From assembly GCF_000011805.1 (NCBI RefSeq), contig NC_006841.2: a stretch of DNA of 32,000 nt. One strand, written 5' to 3'. The translations under genes and the position numbers were made by a program. Positions 18,525-27,802 of the stretch are shown here, piece after piece. The notes below the pieces were generated by a model, which was given only the letters and a program-made list of their open reading frames with translations, did no database searches and was not told where the DNA came from. Within the stretch, counting starts at the first letter, position 1; the number at the start of each line of letters is the position of its first letter. The stretch comes from Aliivibrio fischeri ES114. GTDB taxonomy: Bacteria; Pseudomonadota; Gammaproteobacteria; Enterobacterales; Vibrionaceae.

Positions 18525-19822
18525 AATGCAACGCCTTCTTCTTTATTTTGTTTACAAGCCTTCGCATAACTACGAAGTGTTTGACGGATCTTATCGAGAA
18601 CAAGCTCTTTGGGTTCTAAGCTCAATTGCCCTTCACGAACCGAGCGAAATTGGGATGATAAATGCTGACTAAGTAATGGAAGCGGAATGCCATTACGAGA
18701 TAAATTAGTAAACAAAGTATTCTGCGCCTGATTAATTTTTTCATCTGGCCAGTAATAACGAATGCGATCACTAAAGCTGTAGCTACGAGAGAAACGTTGC
18801 TGGGCTTCATTACCTTGATAATATGGTTGCCAATATTCTGGAGAGTCACACATTTCTTTTTCGATATGTTCACGCAAATCTGAACAATGTGCTTTTGGTA
18901 TCAATTGTTCTTCGATATCACATAGGTTGTATAACGCTTCACGCAAGGCAAAGGTCAGCGCGGGGCCCACTTTCAAAATAGCAAAATGGTCTCTTACAAG
19001 AGCTTGATACGCTTTATCTGTTTGATAATCTGTAGAGTGCGCTTCAAAAACCATGTGTTCAAAGTCATCAACTACTTTACTTAACTCCAAAGCTTCTTCT
19101 GAACGATAATCAATAACACCAGTATGATCAAATTCAACACCTGGCTGTACAACTAAACCAACCACACGTTGCCAACAATCAGCTACGCCTGCTCGTTCAA
19201 ATGCAAATTGATGGGATTGAATGGTTTTTCTTGCGGCCTCTGGTGAAGTAACTTGAAGTGTATCTAACTCCTCAGCAGCACCACCCGGTACCGGAACTTC
19301 TGTACCAATAACATAAACAAGATCGCTATGACCAAAAGAAGAAACTGCCGTATCTTCTGCTATTTTAGCCAATCTAGCAGCACGTTCAGCGACGATTTCA
19401 TCAGATAGAGGGGTTGGATCATCGGCACAAGACATACTGCAGTCTAAATGGATCTTCTTAAATCCAGCAGCAACATAAGCGGCGATAAGATCATCAGCAT
19501 TCACCATTGCTTCTGCAGCTGTTAGTTTCTGCCAACGATTAGGACCAAGGTGATCACCACCAAGAATGAGTTTTTCGGTTGGGAAATTAAGTGATTTTGC
19601 TAGCTGTAGTACAAAGTCTCGAAAATCAGCAGGCTTCATTCCTGTATAGCCACCAAATTGATCAACTTGATTAGAAGTTGCCTCAATAAGTAGCAAGGAG
19701 TCATCACTTAAAGCTTGAGAAAGCGCCGCTTCGATAACTAACGGATGAGCAGAACAAACTGAATAAATTCCGTTTTGCTCACCCGCTTTGTGACGCTGTA
19801 CAAGATGTTGAAAGGTGTTCAT
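18521..19822 (-). CDS. D-tagatose-1,6-bisphosphate aldolase subunit GatZ/KbaZ-like
   Basis: [65 protein letters not shown]; 4-bp ATGA overlap with agaS. Confidence 0.9.
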   Translation of the reverse strand: MNTFQHLVQRHKAGEQNGIYSVCSAHPLVIEAALSQALSDDSLLLIEATSNQVDQFGGYTGMKPADFRDFVLQLAKSLNFPTEKLILGGDHLGPNRWQKLTAAEAMVNADDLIAAYVAAGFKKIHLDCSMSCADDPTPLSDEIVAERAARLAKIAEDTAVSSFGHSDLVYVIGTEVPVPGGAAEELDTLQVTSPEAARKTIQSHQFAFERAGVADCWQRVVGLVVQPGVEFDHTGVIDYRSEEALELSKVVDDFEHMVFEAHSTDYQTDKAYQALVRDHFAILKVGPALTFALREALYNLCDIEEQLIPKAHCSDLREHIEKEMCDSPEYWQPYYQGNEAQQRFSRSYSFSDRIRYYWPDEKINQAQNTLFTNLSRNGIPLPLLSQHLSSQFRSVREGQLSLEPKELVLDKIRQTLRSYAKACKQNKEEGVAL

Positions 19823-19869
19823 TTACTAACTCCATACTGCATCCGAATGCAGCTATGGAGTTAGGTCGG

Positions 19870-20646
19870 TTACTTTTCTTTTTCGACAATGATTACTTCA
19901 ACTTTCATTTCACGGAGACCTTGTAGGTACTCTTCAGGAATATCAGAATCAGTAACTAAGATATCAATATTTCCGAATTCTCTGATCATATGACAGCTGC
20001 GTTTACCAAATTTGGTTGAATCTGCAACTGCGATCACTTGCTCTGAAATATCACACATAAGTCGGTTAAGGCTTGCTTCTTGTTCATTATGTGTAGTGAT
20101 ACCCGATCTCAAATCAAAACCGTCAACACCCAAAAACACTTTATCAAAGCGATAATTTTTTAGGCTAGCTTCAGCTTGAGAGCCAGAAAAAGAGAGAGCC
20201 TTCTTACGAAGAACTCCACCCGACATCAATACTTCTATACCAGAAGCTGATGCTAATTCCATAGCTACATCCAGACCATTAGTCATGACTACCGCTTGCT
20301 CTAACGACTTTAAGTTAGATGCAATTTCTCGCGTAGTCGTACCAGAATCCAGAATAACGGTGTCACCATTTTCAATCAGTTGTGCCGCTGCGTAACCAAT
20401 AGAAGACTTTGTTCCAATATTTTGATGACGTTTCTCATGAACCGTAAGTTCAGCAATCACACCAGTATTTGGAATAGCCGCTCCATGAGAACGAACAACA
20501 TACCCATTCTTTTCTAAAAAGCTCAGGTCACTGCGAATAGTGACACTAGAGACATCAAATCGTGCAGCAAGGTCCTCTACACGTGCTTTACCATCTTGAT
20601 TAACCACGTTTACGATTTCCATGCGCCTTTCGACAGCACTCATCAT
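19870..20646 (-). CDS. agaR: DeoR-family transcriptional repressor, AgaR-like
   Basis: N-terminal HTH RRMEIVNVVNQDGKARVEDLAARFDVSSVTIRSDLSFLEKNGYVVRSHGAA; sugar-phosphate sensor IGYAAAQLIENGDTVILDSGTTTREIA; heads the aga-type operon. Confidence 0.87.
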   Translation of the reverse strand: MMSAVERRMEIVNVVNQDGKARVEDLAARFDVSSVTIRSDLSFLEKNGYVVRSHGAAIPNTGVIAELTVHEKRHQNIGTKSSIGYAAAQLIENGDTVILDSGTTTREIASNLKSLEQAVVMTNGLDVAMELASASGIEVLMSGGVLRKKALSFSGSQAEASLKNYRFDKVFLGVDGFDLRSGITTHNEQEASLNRLMCDISEQVIAVADSTKFGKRSCHMIREFGNIDILVTDSDIPEEYLQGLREMKVEVIIVEKEK

Positions 20647-20946
20647 TTTTTACTTGTCTCCTTAAATCAACGAAATCTCTTTCGTTTGATTTCGAATTAA
20701 CCTTACACCTAAAAATTATTCCTACAATATGGAAGTATGAAACTTTTGATCTCTTTCACATTCTTTCGATAATCTTCGCTTTGTTTTTATCTTACGTTAT
20801 TTTTCGTATTTCTTCATATATTACTCTTTGAAAGCAAAAATACCAAATAAATCCCATAGTTAATGCGACTTGCCTTTCATTTATTTTTAGATCTGTAAAA
20901 AAGGAAAATAGTGGACGGTTAAAAATTCATCAGCACTCTCAGATTT

Positions 20947-20962
20947 TGTGATCACTAACACA
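20947..20962. promoter_or_regulatory. CRP-like site upstream of the second sulfatase gene
   Basis: TGTGA-TCACTA-ACACA versus TGTGAnnnnnnTCACA (9/10 defined positions). Confidence 0.35.
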
Positions 20963-21056
20963 GCAAGTTAACTTTCGATCACTTACGATCCGCAAGCTTT
21001 CGAAGAAAAATAAACAATAACGAAAACCCTACAATTCAATTTAGTAAGGAGACTCA

Positions 21057-22613
21057 ATGTCTATTACACGTAGAGACATATTGAAAGGTGCAGCCGCGAC
21101 AGGAGCTATTGCTGCAACATCAGTACTGTCTGGTTGCCAAAAAACAGGGGCAACTAACTCAATGGCCGACTTGGCACATAAGATTAAACGTCCAAATTTG
21201 TTAATCATATTTCCTGATGAAATGAGAGCACAAGCACTTGGCTTTATGGGGGAAGACCCATCTCTAACGCCAAACTTAAATCGATTTGCTAAAGATAGTG
21301 CCGTTCTTAAACAAGCAGTATCTAATTTTCCGTTATGTACTCCATTTCGTGGAATGTTGATGACAGGACAATACCCTTACCGCAATGGGATCCAAGGAAA
21401 TAGCCATACAGCCACACCAGGAATGTTTGGCGGTAAAGATTTCGGTATTGAATTAAAAAAGAATCAATCTACATGGTCTGATATTTTAAGCCAACAAGGC
21501 TACAGCATGGGTTATATCGGCAAATGGCATTTAGATGCACCAGAAGCCCCTTTTGTTCCAAGTTATAACAATCCAATGGAAGGTCGCTACTGGAATGACT
21601 GGACAACACCAGATCGTCGTCATGGTTTTGATTTTTGGTATTCATACGGCACCTATGATAAACATTTAACACCAATGTATTGGACGAACGATACACCTCG
21701 AGATCAGCCTCTTCATATTAATCAATGGAGTCCTGAACATGAGGCCGATATAGCCATTAAATATTTACGCAATGAAAACGGTAACTATCGCAATAATGAT
21801 AAGCCATTTACGCTTGTTGTTTCGATGAACCCTCCTCATTCTCCTTATGATCAAGTACCTCAAAAATATCTTGATAGATTCAAAGAAAGTTCAAGAACAT
21901 TAAACTCTCGTCCAAATGTTCAATGGGATAAAGAATACCTAGAAGGATATGGCCCTGAATATTTCAAAGAATACATGGCGATGGTCAATGGCGTTGATGA
22001 ACAATTTGGTCGTATTGTCGATGAACTAGATGCCTTAAATCTTGCGAAAGATACCTTAGTTGTTTTCTTCTCCGATCACGGCTGCTGTATGGGTTCAAAT
22101 GGCAATCCGACCAAAAATGTACATTATGAAGAAGCGATGCGAATTCCAATGATGTTCCGCTGGCCGGGAAAAATTGCACCCAAATCCGATGATCTTCTTT
22201 TTTCAGCACCTGATATCTACCCAACCCTATTTGGATTAATGGGTATGGACGATTTAATTCCAGATACCGTAGAAGGTACTGATTTCTCAAAAACAGTTAA
22301 AAGTGAAAGTGGCGATATTAAACCCACCTCTCAATTTTATACCTTTATGCCTTATGGCGGACAATCTTACGGTCGTCGTGGAATTCGAAATAAACAATAC
22401 ACACTGATGATCGATAGAAAAATAGGTAAGCCATTAACTTATGTTCTTCATGATAATCAAGTAGATCCTTATCAAATGAAAAACATTGCTGAACAACAAC
22501 CCGAACTCATCTCTCAATTAATTCAGAACGAACTCATGCCTTGGCTTGAGCATACTGGTGACCCGTGGCGTCCAACAGAAGTACCTAAAAACACCGCCAA
22601 TGCGTACACCTAA
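21057..22613 (+). CDS. Sulfatase, Cys-type, with Tat-type lipoprotein signal
   Basis: MSITRRDILKGAAATGAIAATSVLSGCQK (twin arginine plus LSGC lipobox); RPNLLIIFPDEMR; C-x-P-x-R in NFPLCTPFRGMLMTGQYP; MGYIGKWHLD. Confidence 0.94.
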   Translation: MSITRRDILKGAAATGAIAATSVLSGCQKTGATNSMADLAHKIKRPNLLIIFPDEMRAQALGFMGEDPSLTPNLNRFAKDSAVLKQAVSNFPLCTPFRGMLMTGQYPYRNGIQGNSHTATPGMFGGKDFGIELKKNQSTWSDILSQQGYSMGYIGKWHLDAPEAPFVPSYNNPMEGRYWNDWTTPDRRHGFDFWYSYGTYDKHLTPMYWTNDTPRDQPLHINQWSPEHEADIAIKYLRNENGNYRNNDKPFTLVVSMNPPHSPYDQVPQKYLDRFKESSRTLNSRPNVQWDKEYLEGYGPEYFKEYMAMVNGVDEQFGRIVDELDALNLAKDTLVVFFSDHGCCMGSNGNPTKNVHYEEAMRIPMMFRWPGKIAPKSDDLLFSAPDIYPTLFGLMGMDDLIPDTVEGTDFSKTVKSESGDIKPTSQFYTFMPYGGQSYGRRGIRNKQYTLMIDRKIGKPLTYVLHDNQVDPYQMKNIAEQQPELISQLIQNELMPWLEHTGDPWRPTEVPKNTANAYT

Positions 22614-22692
22614 ATACACATCTAAAAAGTAACAATGAACACAAATTCAAGATTTAGCAGTGAAACACCCATAACAATAAATAGGGAATATT

Positions 22693-23421
22693 ATGAAACA
22701 ATCTTACAAAGTTATTATCGCTTCTGGTTTAGCAATATTTGCAGCACAAGCCCTAGCCAATGACTATAAAACAACAGTGGAATATCGCCATGAATATAAA
22801 GATGGCAATAATAAGCATGCAGACAGAGTGAAAATGTTCTTAGATACAGGGAAGAATATCGGCTTTGAATTGGATGCAAGATACAACAATAAAGATCAAG
22901 ACCAAATGTACGATGAAATGAGTATGAATGGTTCAGAACTTTCGATTTTCTACTACGATAAAATAGCAGAAAACACGACAGGGCTATTAGGTTCATCACT
23001 CGATTTTAACCCTGATGGTTTAGTGTATGTTCCTTATGTTCGTGTAAACCACTCTTTTGATAATGGATTTAGAGCACAAGCACGTTATAAATGGAAAATC
23101 TGGGATTATTCACAAACTAACGCAGCAGGTGAAAAATACACATCAAAAATCCAAGAGTTAGATACATGGCTTGGTTACAACACGGGAAAATGGGATTTCC
23201 AATACGAGTTTCAGATTTGGAATGAAACCGATGATGATGCAAAACCTCAATTTGATAATGAAAGCTACGACTATCTCCACAATTTCCGCATCATGTATAG
23301 TTTTGTAAACCCTGATGGTACGAAATGGCGCCCATTTGTTGAAGTAGGTAATGTACGCCAAGACAGCTACAGCGATAACCGTCAAACTCGTTACCGTGTT
23401 GGTATCAAATACACATGGTAA
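22693..23421 (+). CDS. KdgM-family outer-membrane oligouronide-type porin
   Basis: Signal peptide MKQSYKVIIASGLAIFAAQALA; TTVEYRHEYKDGNNKHADRVKM, EFQIWNETDDD, terminal TRYRVGIKYTW typical of KdgM-like 12-strand barrels. Confidence 0.85.
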   Translation: MKQSYKVIIASGLAIFAAQALANDYKTTVEYRHEYKDGNNKHADRVKMFLDTGKNIGFELDARYNNKDQDQMYDEMSMNGSELSIFYYDKIAENTTGLLGSSLDFNPDGLVYVPYVRVNHSFDNGFRAQARYKWKIWDYSQTNAAGEKYTSKIQELDTWLGYNTGKWDFQYEFQIWNETDDDAKPQFDNESYDYLHNFRIMYSFVNPDGTKWRPFVEVGNVRQDSYSDNRQTRYRVGIKYTW

Positions 23422-23472
23422 TTATCGACTTAAATAAACACATAATATATTTGTTTATATAAGCCAATAAAA

Positions 23473-23503
23473 AAACGGCACTTCTATAATAGAAGTGCCG
23501 TTT
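23473..23503. terminator. Bidirectional terminator between porin and GH20 genes
   Basis: AAACGGCACTTCTA-TAA-TAGAAGTGCCGTTT, 14-bp perfect complement. Confidence 0.85.
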
Positions 23504-23540
23504 GATTATTTAATGACTGAATTTATGTTTCTAATGTAAA

Positions 23541-26186
23541 TTACTTAACGCTAGTTACACGGCTAACACGCTCACCAGTAAATGATGCTGAACGAATTTG
23601 AACGTCACCAGTTACTTTTGGTTTGTTTGCATTGTCGTATTCAGCCCATGTTTTACCGCCATCTACAGAGTATTGTAGCGTTACGCCTGGGAATGAAATG
23701 TTCATGCTTAGCTCACCGTTCGCAATTTCTGCACCTGGGATTGGTAGACGGTAATCAATGCCCGCTCTTTCAAGCTTAGCTAATTCACGTTGACCCATTG
23801 TGTTTGCAAACTTAGTCCAATCAGCTAATTGTGCTTTCTTATCTACTAGGTTTGTTTGTAGAGAGTACTTAACACCTGCTTTGTATTCATTTTCCCAAGA
23901 TGCTTCATGCCATGCACGCTCAGCCGCTGCAATAACACGTGGGAACACCATGTATTCATATTGCTCATCAGTACGTACTGTTTCAGACCAAAGTTGAGCA
24001 GATAGACCGTAGAAAGGTTTCTTAGGTGTTACTGTACCCGCACTTTCAAAGCCATTACCGTCACGGTCTACTGATGTTTCCGCATTTTGAGGTAGGTTTT
24101 CTGGTGCAAAACCAAACATCTTACGAGTGTCTGTTGCACGTGTTGCCCAGTAGTAACCACGCTCTTTTGCATCCACTTCGTATGGGAAGTCCATGTAAAC
24201 GTAATCTGGGTTAGAGATAACTACGTCGTAACCTTTTTCAGCCCATTCGTAAGCTGAAGCACCACCGCCCCAGTACAATGTGTCCCAGAAGTTAGCACGT
24301 ACTGATTCCGTTGCGAATGCGCCTGCATCTTCAGAGTGTTTTAGGCCATCTTGCCATGCTTGGAAGTGTGGGATACCTTGCTTAGCAACGATCTTAGATA
24401 CTTGCTCTGCGAAGTGGCTTGGTAAATGTTCGAAATCAGCAACTTCACCGCTTGCGATCAGAGACTGACACTGTGGCGATTTTGCAAATGGGAAATCTTG
24501 TTTAGATAGATCTAAATCTCCTTTCCATGCAATTTTCTCTTCATCGTTGATGTCTTGGAAACCAGCGTGAAGTTTGATGTTTTTCGCTTCATCACCACCG
24601 AAGTGCCATGTTGATAGAGGAACACCTGCCGCTTTATGCATTGCTGCAACTTCTGTGATTACTTTATCTACAAACGTTGCAGATGAATCTAGACATGGGT
24701 TGATAAAACTTTGTTTGTTGTAGAACTGAACCGTAGTTACGTTTGATTCATCTTTTGGATCCATCAGACGGTATTGATTCGCTTCTTCCATCTTACCTTC
24801 AGCAGCAAGACGTGCGTAACGCGCTTCCATTGACATAACTGCTGCACGTGAGTGGGCTGGCATATCGATTTCTGGAATCACTTCAATGTTACGGTTTTTC
24901 GCGTAAGTTAAGATTTCTAGGTAATCTTCTGTTGTGAAGTAGCCAGAACCAAAGTTATCTGAATCAGCACCAGAACCTAGTTGAGGTAATAGACAAGAGG
25001 TTTCTGTCTCATCAAAACAACGATTACCACCAATATCCGTTAGCTCAGGAAGACCAGGGATCTCTAAACGCCAACCTTCATCATCAGTTAAGTGAAGGTG
25101 TAGTTTGTTCAGCTTGTATGCCGCCATTTGATCAACAGTTGCTAGAATCGCTTCTTTTGAGTGGAAGTTACGAGCTACGTCAACCATTACACCACGGTAT
25201 TCAAAACGTGGAGCATCTTCTACGTTTAACGTTGGGATTTCTGAGTTATCTAAACTTACTAGAGCAAGTAAAGATTGTACGCCGTAGAATGCGCCCGCTT
25301 GGTCAAATGCTACAACCGTTGCTTTACCTTCAGTCACATCTAGTTTGTATGCACCAGATACACCGTCTTTAAATTGTTTCTTATCAACAGAAACTGATAC
25401 TGGGTACTCACCCGCAGTTTCAAGGCCAAGTAGTTCTGCACGTTGATTTAACGCTGCAAGTTGGTCAGCATCAATTCCGTTTGCAGTAATAGAGATACCT
25501 TTAGCTAAATCTACCGTTTTGTTCGTTAGTGTTGTTTTTAATGGTGTTGGAATAATGTGACCTGCCACATTCTCTTCAACAACATCGGCGTTCTTCTCAA
25601 AACGTGTGTTTGCTGTTGCTACAACGTTATTATCAGCAAGAGTACGTTTTAGTTGAACACCGATGATTTCATCTACGTATTCGCCTGTATCTTCTGTATC
25701 TAAAGAAATGATATTACGAGCTTCTGCACCTGGAGCCGTTACAAATGCACCCGGCATAAAGTCAGTTTCAAATAATTGCCAGTATTCAGCGATCAGTGGA
25801 ATAACCACTTCTTCACCTGCCGCAAAACCATCAAACTTTTCAGTTGGTTCAAGTTTATGCAAATCACCCGTTACGCGAGTAATTTTAAATTGGTCGTTTT
25901 CAACATCTAAAATTAAACGGATGCTGTGGAAATAAATTGTCCAATCTTTTGAATCAATAGCTTCACCTGTATTAGTTAACGTCATGTTTACTTTGTTACA
26001 TGATGCCCATTCAGCTTGAAGCTCTTTACATGCAAGACCGTCATCAGCACCTTGGTTTGTAATAACTGTGTAGTTAATATCTAGGTTTTCAGCTAGTTGA
26101 TTAACCGCTGACTGCTCAGATGATGTTGATGAACAGCCTGCTAGGCCAGCTAGTATTAGGGTTGATAAAAGCGTTTTCTTAAACAT
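23541..26186 (-). CDS. GH20 beta-N-acetylhexosaminidase lipoprotein (chitobiase type)
   Basis: Lipobox MFKKTLLSTLILAGLAGCSS from ATG at 26186; VMVDVARNFHSKEAILATVDQMAAYKLNKLHLHLTDDEGWRLEI; STWHFGGDEAKN; IPEIDMPAHSRAA. Track start at 26276 is probably too far upstream. Confidence 0.95.
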   Translation of the reverse strand: MFKKTLLSTLILAGLAGCSSTSSEQSAVNQLAENLDINYTVITNQGADDGLACKELQAEWASCNKVNMTLTNTGEAIDSKDWTIYFHSIRLILDVENDQFKITRVTGDLHKLEPTEKFDGFAAGEEVVIPLIAEYWQLFETDFMPGAFVTAPGAEARNIISLDTEDTGEYVDEIIGVQLKRTLADNNVVATANTRFEKNADVVEENVAGHIIPTPLKTTLTNKTVDLAKGISITANGIDADQLAALNQRAELLGLETAGEYPVSVSVDKKQFKDGVSGAYKLDVTEGKATVVAFDQAGAFYGVQSLLALVSLDNSEIPTLNVEDAPRFEYRGVMVDVARNFHSKEAILATVDQMAAYKLNKLHLHLTDDEGWRLEIPGLPELTDIGGNRCFDETETSCLLPQLGSGADSDNFGSGYFTTEDYLEILTYAKNRNIEVIPEIDMPAHSRAAVMSMEARYARLAAEGKMEEANQYRLMDPKDESNVTTVQFYNKQSFINPCLDSSATFVDKVITEVAAMHKAAGVPLSTWHFGGDEAKNIKLHAGFQDINDEEKIAWKGDLDLSKQDFPFAKSPQCQSLIASGEVADFEHLPSHFAEQVSKIVAKQGIPHFQAWQDGLKHSEDAGAFATESVRANFWDTLYWGGGASAYEWAEKGYDVVISNPDYVYMDFPYEVDAKERGYYWATRATDTRKMFGFAPENLPQNAETSVDRDGNGFESAGTVTPKKPFYGLSAQLWSETVRTDEQYEYMVFPRVIAAAERAWHEASWENEYKAGVKYSLQTNLVDKKAQLADWTKFANTMGQRELAKLERAGIDYRLPIPGAEIANGELSMNISFPGVTLQYSVDGGKTWAEYDNANKPKVTGDVQIRSASFTGERVSRVTSVK

Positions 26187-26394
26187 GATATACAATTCCA
26201 TTATGAGTAATTTAATTTCGAATCTGGAATTACAATACGAAACTTTTTTGACTTTACAAATTAAGTAAATTCGCAATTTTGCTCTAAATCACACTTATTT
26301 TTATATTTTGCGGTATAAATTATTTTAATGCGATTCACGTCAACTTATAACAGAATGCAATTCCATTTATTTATTAAAAATATAATTATCATTA

Positions 26395-26410
26395 TGTGAT
26401 TCAAAGCACA
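26395..26410. promoter_or_regulatory. CRP-like site in the GH20/DUF1097 intergenic region
   Basis: TGTGA-TTCAAA-GCACA (9/10 defined positions of TGTGAnnnnnnTCACA). Confidence 0.4.
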
Positions 26411-26704
26411 TTTACTGTTAAGTTGGTAATTATCAATACAAAACTTTACGACAAGCACTGCATATAATTGGTGTTAATAGACTTAATTCACTTTGAAATA
26501 AAGTTTTACAACTATATGAAATTTTATTCCAAAATAACTCAATTATATTCATAAATTAATTTAACTCACTCCGTAATCGATTGCTATCTCAATTCAAAAG
26601 AAAACAGATGTAAGCGTAACTACTTTAAGAGAGTTACATCACTAAAATAATTTCAATAAATCACTATTATTACTAATTAGCAAACAGACAACACAGGCAA
26701 AGTT

Positions 26705-27184
26705 ATGAGCACATTGATTGCAATCGCAATTACTACAGGTATTCTTTCAGGAGTTTGGGGCTGGGTAGCCATAAGCTTAGGTTTATTAAGTTGGGCGGGG
26801 TTTTTAGGATGTACTACCTACTTCGCCTCCCCTATTGATGGCATTAAAGGTATTGGATTAAGTATTGCGACTAATTTAAGTGGTGTTTTCTGGGCTATGG
26901 TAATCATAAAATTATCATCCATGATGAGCTTAGAGATCATTGGTTATATCATTACTGCCATTGTTGCCTTCTTTATGTGTGCTCAAGCTAAAAAATCATG
27001 GCTAAGCTTTATTCCTGGTACATTTATTGGTTCTTGCGCTACTTTTGCTTCCAATGGTAATTGGCAACTTGTTATTCCATCACTAGTTTTGGGTGTTATA
27101 TTTGCTTATGCGATGAAAACATCTGGTTTATGGTTAAAAGAAAAATTAGAAACAAACAAATTAATTGAAGCCAATAAAAATTAG
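26705..27184 (+). CDS. DUF1097-type small membrane protein
   Basis: Five or so hydrophobic segments; GWVAISLGLLSWAGFLGCTTYFASP, GTFIGSCATFASNGNW. Confidence 0.65.
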   Translation: MSTLIAIAITTGILSGVWGWVAISLGLLSWAGFLGCTTYFASPIDGIKGIGLSIATNLSGVFWAMVIIKLSSMMSLEIIGYIITAIVAFFMCAQAKKSWLSFIPGTFIGSCATFASNGNWQLVIPSLVLGVIFAYAMKTSGLWLKEKLETNKLIEANKN

Positions 27185-27210
27185 TCACACCAACACTATT
27201 CATTAGATAC

Positions 27211-27251
27211 AAAAAAGCCTCTTACTTATGCGAGTAGTAAGAGGCTTTTTT
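27211..27251. terminator. Bidirectional terminator downstream of the DUF1097 gene
   Basis: AAAAAAGCCTCTTACT / AGTAAGAGGCTTTTTT, 16-bp complementary arms. Confidence 0.85.
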
Positions 27252-27282
27252 ATTTATTTTTCATTATACAATAACTCAAATG

Positions 27283-27318
27283 CAAAAACGCCGCTTGATA
27301 TAACTATCAAGCGGCGTT
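27283..27318 (-). terminator. Terminator of the minus-strand tRNA cluster
   Basis: Stem AACGCCGCTTGATA (27287-27300)/TATCAAGCGGCGTT (27305-27318), 4-nt loop, T tract on the minus strand. Confidence 0.88.
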
Positions 27319-27326
27319 CTTAAATG

Positions 27327-27402
27327 TGGCTCCCTTTGCTGGACTTGAACCAGCGACATACGGATTAACAGTCCGCCGTTCTACCGACTGAACTAAAAGG
27401 GA
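27327..27402 (-). tRNA. tRNA-Asn(GTT)
   Basis: Reverse complement TCCCTTTTAGTTCAGTCGGTAGAACGGCGGACTGTTAATCCG...GGTTCAAGTCCAGCAAAGGGAGCCA; anticodon GTT, encoded CCA. Confidence 0.95.
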
Positions 27403-27430
27403 ACAGATTGTCTCTCATAAAGAGAAAAGA

Positions 27431-27506
<76 letters not shown>

Positions 27507-27553
27507 ACACTTTATCTTTTTACTATCAAGCTACAAGCTCAACAGTGTAATAG

Positions 27554-27644
27554 TGGCGGAGGGATAGGGATTTGAACCCTAGAAGGGCTATTAACCCTTG
27601 CCGGTTTTCAAGACCGGTGCTTTCGACCACTCAGCCATCCCTCC
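27554..27644 (-). tRNA. tRNA-Ser(TGA)
   Basis: Reverse complement GGAGGGATGGCTGAGTGGTCGAAAGCACCGGTCTTGAAAACCGGCAAGGGTTAATAGCCCTTCTAGGGTTCAAATCCCTATCCCTCCGCCA with long variable arm; anticodon TGA. Confidence 0.95.
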
Positions 27645-27802
27645 GCAGGACTATCTGAAGCAATTGCCTCATCAAGTGATGGTGCGCATTATAGAGAAAA
27701 TGAGATCGGGCGCAAGTGTTTTTTGAAAAAAAATGTTCGTTTGATTAAAAATAAAGCGAAGTGACTAAATTTAAGCAAATTTGAACAAATAACCTTCATT
27801 TA

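Noticed and set aside
23582-25935. Several 60-90 aa plus-strand ORFs opposite the GH20 gene
   Set aside because: Low-complexity translations antisense to a strongly supported gene; no domain or RBS evidence.
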